From Deltaproteobacteria bacterium (GTDB lineage Bacteria > Desulfobacterota > Syntrophia > Syntrophales > UBA2185): a DNA stretch of 64,000 nt. This document shows positions 59,725 to 64,000 of this stretch, one piece after another (position 1 is the stretch's first letter; every line of letters starts with the position of its first letter). Location of the stretch: assembly GCA_016874835.1 (NCBI GenBank), contig VGTB01000001.1:5169-69168 (forward strand). Reading direction: 5' to 3'. Under the pieces are notes generated by a model, which saw only the letters and a program-made list of their open reading frames with translations, made no database searches and had not been told where the DNA came from. Made by a program: the position numbers and the translations under genes.

Positions 59725-61353
59725 TCATCCGAGTATTGTCTTCAGATCCTCTTCCGGCGTGGTAATCGGTTTGATGTTGAAATTTTTCACCAGGACGTCG
59801 AGTACATTAGGTGAAATAAAGGCCGGCAATGTCGGGCCGAGGCGGATGTTCTTGATTCCGAGTGCAAGCAGCGTGAGGAGAATGGCGACGGCCTTCTGCT
59901 CGTACCATGACAGGATCATGGAAAGGGGAAGGTCATTCACGCCGACGCCGAAGGCTTCGGAAAGAGCCACTGCGACCTGAATGGCCGAATACGCATCGTT
60001 GCACTGTCCTATATCAAGCAGACGGGGGATGCCGCCTATGTCACCGAGGTTCCTGTCAAAGAAACGGAATTTCCCGCAGGCCAGGGTGAGGACGACGCAG
60101 TCATTCGGTACCTGTTCCACGAATCTGGTGTAGTAATTGCGGCCCGGTTTGGCGCCATCACAACCCGCAACCAGAAAGAAATGGCGGATGTTTTTGTTCT
60201 TCACCGCGTCGATTATCTTGTCAGCGACGCTCAGAATGGCGTTCCTGCCGAATCCTGCCGTGACATACCTGCCGTTTGTGTCGGCGGTAAAGCCGGGGAG
60301 TTCCAGTGTTTTTTTGATCACCGGGGTGAAGTCCAGGTTCGAAATATGGGTAATATCGGGCCATCCCACCTGTCCTGAGGTAAATATGTTGTCTTTGTAG
60401 GAGGGCTGGGGCCGCTGAATGCAGTTTGTCGTCATGAGGATTGCCCCGGGGAACTCGGCGAACTCCTTCGCCTGGTTCTGCCAGGCCGTACCGTAATGAC
60501 CGTAAAAGTGTTCATACTTCTTGAGTCCCGGATAGCCGTGGCAGGGAAGCATTTCACCGTGGGTGTATACATAAATTCCCTTACCCTCGGTTTTCTTGAG
60601 GAGTTCTTCCAGATCCTTCAGGTCGTGCCCGGATACCAGGATCGCCTTTCCCTTCTTTGCACCTAAGGGTACCTTTGTCGGTGCGGGGTGACCGTAGGTG
60701 CCGGTATTAGCGGCATCCAGGAGTTCCATGGCTTTCAGGTTCGTTTCACCGCATTTAAGAACAAGATCCAGAGACTCTTCGAGATTTAAATTTTCATTCT
60801 CAAGTGCCGCCAGTCCCTCATGGATGAATGCATAGACGACCTCATCCTCCTTGCCCAGAATCCGGGCATGATCCGCATACGCAGCGATGCCTCGCAGTCC
60901 GAACAGGAGGATGTGCTTCAATGAAAGAATATCGGGATTCGCGGCAGGGTAGGATTTCAGGCCGACTTTCTCACCCTGCGCAACCAGAGCTTCGAGCGTA
61001 TCGGCCGGCTGGAAGAGAACAGAGCTCCGAGACAGATCTACCTTTCCGCTTGCGGTCCTGACTTCCTCAATCAAAGTATCCCTGTATGTCACACATTGAT
61101 GAATCACAGGGGCGAAACGTGCGGGATCGAAGTTGACGTTGGTCACGGTGGTAAAAAGGGCCTCGCAGGTAAACACATTGATGTTGGGATTACTGATACC
61201 GACCTTTCTCGCCTGGACAGCGACAAGCGAAAGACCGGTCAGGGCATACGTCAATAAATCCTGCAGGGAGGCGACATCCGGCTGTTTCCCACACACCCCG
61301 GATTTCATGCATCCTTCACCTTTTGCGGTTTGTTCACATTGGTAGCAAAACAT
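59725..61353 (-). CDS. hcp: Hybrid cluster protein / hydroxylamine reductase
   Basis: It has the N-terminal MFCYQCEQTAKGEGC cysteine motif, is ~540 aa, and has the conserved CG.FR region. Confidence 0.95.
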   Translation of the reverse strand: MFCYQCEQTAKGEGCMKSGVCGKQPDVASLQDLLTYALTGLSLVAVQARKVGISNPNINVFTCEALFTTVTNVNFDPARFAPVIHQCVTYRDTLIEEVRTASGKVDLSRSSVLFQPADTLEALVAQGEKVGLKSYPAANPDILSLKHILLFGLRGIAAYADHARILGKEDEVVYAFIHEGLAALENENLNLEESLDLVLKCGETNLKAMELLDAANTGTYGHPAPTKVPLGAKKGKAILVSGHDLKDLEELLKKTEGKGIYVYTHGEMLPCHGYPGLKKYEHFYGHYGTAWQNQAKEFAEFPGAILMTTNCIQRPQPSYKDNIFTSGQVGWPDITHISNLDFTPVIKKTLELPGFTADTNGRYVTAGFGRNAILSVADKIIDAVKNKNIRHFFLVAGCDGAKPGRNYYTRFVEQVPNDCVVLTLACGKFRFFDRNLGDIGGIPRLLDIGQCNDAYSAIQVAVALSEAFGVGVNDLPLSMILSWYEQKAVAILLTLLALGIKNIRLGPTLPAFISPNVLDVLVKNFNIKPITTPEEDLKTILG

Positions 61354-61412
61354 AATGGCCTCCTTTCAAAAAATCTTACGGCCTCTTATGTCATGACGGT
61401 TCACAGATGTCC

Positions 61413-61426
61413 TTGACCTATGTCAA
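61413..61426. promoter_or_regulatory. CRP/FNR-family binding-site-like palindrome upstream of hcp
   Basis: TTGAC-CTAT-GTCAA is a perfect palindrome centred ~66 nt upstream of the hcp ATG. Confidence 0.6.
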
Positions 61427-61447
61427 ATGATATGAAGGAATTTACAT

Positions 61448-61735
61448 TTATTTTTTGAAAAGAGCTTCCAGTTTATCTCTCGCTGCATCTTTGCCCCCCT
61501 TTGCCAAATCATCGGGATGGGTATCTCGGAAGACGAAATAATCGCAGAAGGTGCTGCGATCCTTGTCGAGCACTCTGTCCGCCTGCGTTTCCCGGCACTG
61601 GTTGTATACCCCCGGGTCGTAGTGGCGGCAGTTGAGGCAGCACCTGAGTTCGGCACTGCAGAAGGGGCAGACGTCTTTCCTCCCGATTGTTTTGTTGAGG
61701 ACAGCCTCTTTTTTACACTTATGACAGATCTTCAT
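61448..61735 (-). CDS. Small Cys-rich (zinc-ribbon-like) protein
   Basis: [10 protein letters not shown]...[18 protein letters not shown]....FCDYF has nine Cys in ~70 aa. ATG 61735 overlaps the upstream stop as ATGA, which I prefer over the track start at 61753. Confidence 0.5.
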   Translation of the reverse strand: MKICHKCKKEAVLNKTIGRKDVCPFCSAELRCCLNCRHYDPGVYNQCRETQADRVLDKDRSTFCDYFVFRDTHPDDLAKGGKDAARDKLEALFKK

Positions 61736-62259
61736 GCTAACGTAAATCTCCACCGGCAGAACACATTATCAGGCCGCGGGTCCGGTGGTGCGAAAAGGCA
61801 TTCCACCTGGATTCGCTCATCGATGATACGGGCGAAATTCGTAAATTCGTGGCGGTGCATCTCTTTGCAGGAGAACTCCGGCAATCCTCGCGCGATCCTG
61901 GCGGCCTGAGTTGCACAATGAGGCACGGTGATAATGACCTCGTCTTCCTTTTCTTCGATTTCGTATCCGATAATGATGCTCCATGGGAAGAACTTCTGGG
62001 CTTTTACAAAACCGCGTAGTCCTTTTTCTTCGATCCGGAAACGCTGACGGATATCTCTGGCTGCCATTCCCGCGACCTTTGTCCAGACCCTCTCATTAAT
62101 CTTTTCTGCCGTTTGCTGATCGAACGCGTCCGATACGAAGAGAAACCAGAATCCGTCAACCACCCGGTAATGCCAGAGAAGAAACTCCAGGTAGCTCTTC
62201 ACCTCGGAAAGAGTCATCTCCTCAAACAGGGAAAGATCCATGGGCTGCACTTTCTTCAT
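61732..62259 (-). CDS. Hypothetical protein (no family recognised with confidence)
   Basis: The ORF has coding-like composition. The start at Met14 (62259) lies 1 nt after the cupin stop and is preceded by GAGGAA. Confidence 0.45.
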   Translation of the reverse strand: MKKVQPMDLSLFEEMTLSEVKSYLEFLLWHYRVVDGFWFLFVSDAFDQQTAEKINERVWTKVAGMAARDIRQRFRIEEKGLRGFVKAQKFFPWSIIIGYEIEEKEDEVIITVPHCATQAARIARGLPEFSCKEMHRHEFTNFARIIDERIQVECLFAPPDPRPDNVFCRWRFTLA

Positions 62260-62260
62260 G

Positions 62261-62581
62261 TTATCGGTATTCCTCCCTGACGGGGTAAAAGGCATCAATA
62301 AGCTGGGAGTCAGTAATCGATTTACCCTTGTGTTTTACATTTGCTGGAATGACTACCACCGATCCCGGCTCCATGATTCTTGTTTCACCATCGGCCGTCA
62401 ATTCGAACGAACCTGAAATCACCGTGGTAATCTGCTCATGGGGATGGGAATGTTCCGGCAGGAGAGAACCGGCTTTAACGTTCCAGAACGCAAAGGTCAT
62501 GTTCTGGGAATGCACCATCTTTGCTCTGAACCCCGGTACAATCTCTCTTTCCTTCACATCTGATAAATTAATGAATGCCAT
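62261..62581 (-). CDS. Cupin domain protein
   Basis: [18 protein letters not shown]...VVIPANVKH are cupin motifs 1 and 2. AGGAGG precedes the ATG. Confidence 0.8.
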   Translation of the reverse strand: MAFINLSDVKEREIVPGFRAKMVHSQNMTFAFWNVKAGSLLPEHSHPHEQITTVISGSFELTADGETRIMEPGSVVVIPANVKHKGKSITDSQLIDAFYPVREEYR

Positions 62582-62624
62582 TATGTAACCTCCTGTGAAA
62601 TTTGATGAAGGGTACCTTTTACTA

Positions 62625-63257
62625 CTATAATCGGGAAAGTCTTATAATTTCCTGTCTGATTTCTTCAATAACCTCTGGATTGTGAATAATCTTCTTTTTT
62701 CCCTCAGTAAGGGAAATGATGTAGAATACCTTACCACCGTATGTGGCGGTGAATTTCTCATGAGTTTCTTTCTGAAAATTAAGTTCGTTGATTATCTGGG
62801 TAATGTAGGCGTGACCTGCCGGTTTAATTTGCAGACCGATGTATCTGTCTTTTACTTTGATGAAGAAATCGACGTTATATTTTCTGTCCCATTCATCCGG
62901 TGCGGGTTCAATCTTGACACCTAATGCCTGTTCCAATTGTCCGTATATGGTTTGTATTTCTGATTGATAACCGTCGTATGTTCTATTGATTACCAAATTG
63001 ATCACAAAATCAATACAATCCTGCTCCGTAATACTGTCAATTTCGGCTTTGCATACTTCGCTGATCTTGATAAACAACTCACGTCCTATCTGTTCCAAAT
63101 GCGCGTGAGAACGGACATGTTTAAAGTAATATTGTTCCCAATCCTTTAAAGATTTAGGACCGCATTTTCTGATTTCCACTGCAACTTTCCCGACTCTCCT
63201 GGGTCTGTTGAACTGCCACCGCATATTCGCCTGGTTCACTATCCACTCTTTCGGCAT
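62625..63257 (-). CDS. Type II restriction endonuclease, MjaI-family-like
   Basis: It is adjacent to and translationally coupled with a methyltransferase (TAATG overlap). The N-terminal KEWIVNQANMRWQFN and the core YNVDFFIKV..YIGLQIKP (D...Q/ExK-like) resemble the MjaI family as I remember it. The gene is AT-rich. Confidence 0.5.
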   Translation of the reverse strand: MPKEWIVNQANMRWQFNRPRRVGKVAVEIRKCGPKSLKDWEQYYFKHVRSHAHLEQIGRELFIKISEVCKAEIDSITEQDCIDFVINLVINRTYDGYQSEIQTIYGQLEQALGVKIEPAPDEWDRKYNVDFFIKVKDRYIGLQIKPAGHAYITQIINELNFQKETHEKFTATYGGKVFYIISLTEGKKKIIHNPEVIEEIRQEIIRLSRL

Positions 63258-64000
63258 TATTTGGTTGCCCTTTCGGATAAAAATTTTGATTTGTATTTAT
63301 AATCAAAAGTAGTATCGACGTCCACGAATCCGCTTTTTATGAGATGGGCGTTGATAAATGTTTTGTTCCACAAATAGAGATAGCAAAGCAGGTTATTACT
63401 CTCATCATATTTGACATGATCGAATTTTAAGAACACCTTTTGTCCGTGGAGCTTGTTTCTTAAAAACTGAAGAGCCTCTCCATTTTCATCATGCCGTGCT
63501 TTCACGCCAAGAAGCCTGATTCTCAGGCCGTTATTTAGGATGAGAACCTCGGGGGTGAGTATTTCCTTCACAGTGTAGTAGGTTTCTCTCTCTGTACTTG
63601 ATTTGTCGATTTTCGAGCCAAATTGGAGTTGTTTAGGATCGACCTTTTTATCGAAACGAATCGGGTCTTTGAAAGTGTAAGGCAGCTTTTTTATCTCATC
63701 CTTGAAATCTTTGAAAGAATCTTTCTGCTTAACAATTTCGAAGGTCGATTCCTGAAATAATGTACCCTGCGTTAGTCCAAGTTTTTCTTTTATGATCGGC
63801 AAGAATCCTTCATTGATTTCATATCCGATTGAATTTCTGGAAAGATTTTTAGCTGCTAAAGCTGTCGTGCCGCTTCCCAAAAACGGATCCAAAACGGTGT
63901 CTCCTACAAAACTGAACATCTTGATCAGCCTCCGTGGCAATTCTTCCGGGAACATTGCCAGGTGCTGATCCTGTTTCTCACCGGCAAAATTCCAATGGCC
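63257..64000 (-). CDS. DNA methyltransferase (N4/N6 beta-class) with C-terminal SNase-like domain, 5' end outside window
   Basis: The frame is open to nt 64000 (..GHWNFAGEKQDQHLAMFPEELPRRLI..). The AdoMet motif is VLDPFLGSGTT. The C-terminal ~110 aa have a thermonuclease-like pattern (LRIRLLGV...LLCYLYL..FINAHLIKSGFV). Confidence 0.8.
   Translation of the reverse strand, partial: GHWNFAGEKQDQHLAMFPEELPRRLIKMFSFVGDTVLDPFLGSGTTALAAKNLSRNSIGYEINEGFLPIIKEKLGLTQGTLFQESTFEIVKQKDSFKDFKDEIKKLPYTFKDPIRFDKKVDPKQLQFGSKIDKSSTERETYYTVKEILTPEVLILNNGLRIRLLGVKARHDENGEALQFLRNKLHGQKVFLKFDHVKYDESNNLLCYLYLWNKTFINAHLIKSGFVDVDTTFDYKYKSKFLSERATK

Overview
This is a 64-kb chromosomal window, mid-40s % G+C by eye. 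LptF/LptG indicate a Gram-negative cell, and class III RNR NrdDG, hybrid-cluster protein, hemerythrin and many PAS/GAF/HD-GYP signalling proteins suggest an anaerobe. I cannot assign a taxon without a database search. Most of the window is ordinary housekeeping: partial agmatinase, a 7TM-GAF histidine kinase, initiator tRNA-Met, trmFO-topA-dprA, purB, nadB, tsaD, rsmA, panCD, ahcY, lptFG, nrdDG, and cmk-rpsA-sppA-ihfB. Five stretches are not ordinary. (1) About 5.5 kb next to tRNA-fMet holds a DUF234-type ATPase/wHTH/nuclease-like gene behind a strong palindromic operator. The same stretch has a 155-bp element with 27-bp perfect inverted repeats, gene fragments, and a multi-PAS HD-GYP gene broken by an in-frame TAG and a 13-bp tandem duplication. 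(2) A Fur-family (PerR-like) regulator sits beside katG, and katG is much more G+C-rich than its surroundings. (3) At 38.0-44.7 kb is a tightly packed cluster of PHP phosphoesterase, GT4, methyltransferase, alpha/alpha-toroid protein, hexapeptide acyltransferase and B12-radical-SAM enzyme, plus a convergent methyltransferase. I cannot map it to a named pathway, and it is my best candidate for an undescribed system. (4) A co-directional array runs hcp - hemerythrin - DUF1998 helicase (MrfA/YprA-like) - DEDD exonuclease/TPR (MrfB/YprB-like). It lies behind a TTGAC-N4-GTCAA site, follows a cupin/unknown/Cys-rich trio, and is followed by a Cys-rich sigma-region-4 mini-protein. (5) An AT-rich type II R-M pair sits at the right edge, and its methyltransferase carries a degenerate SNase-like tail. 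I found no rRNA, CRISPR array, integrase or transposase. All functional calls rest on motif recognition by eye, and no searches were run.
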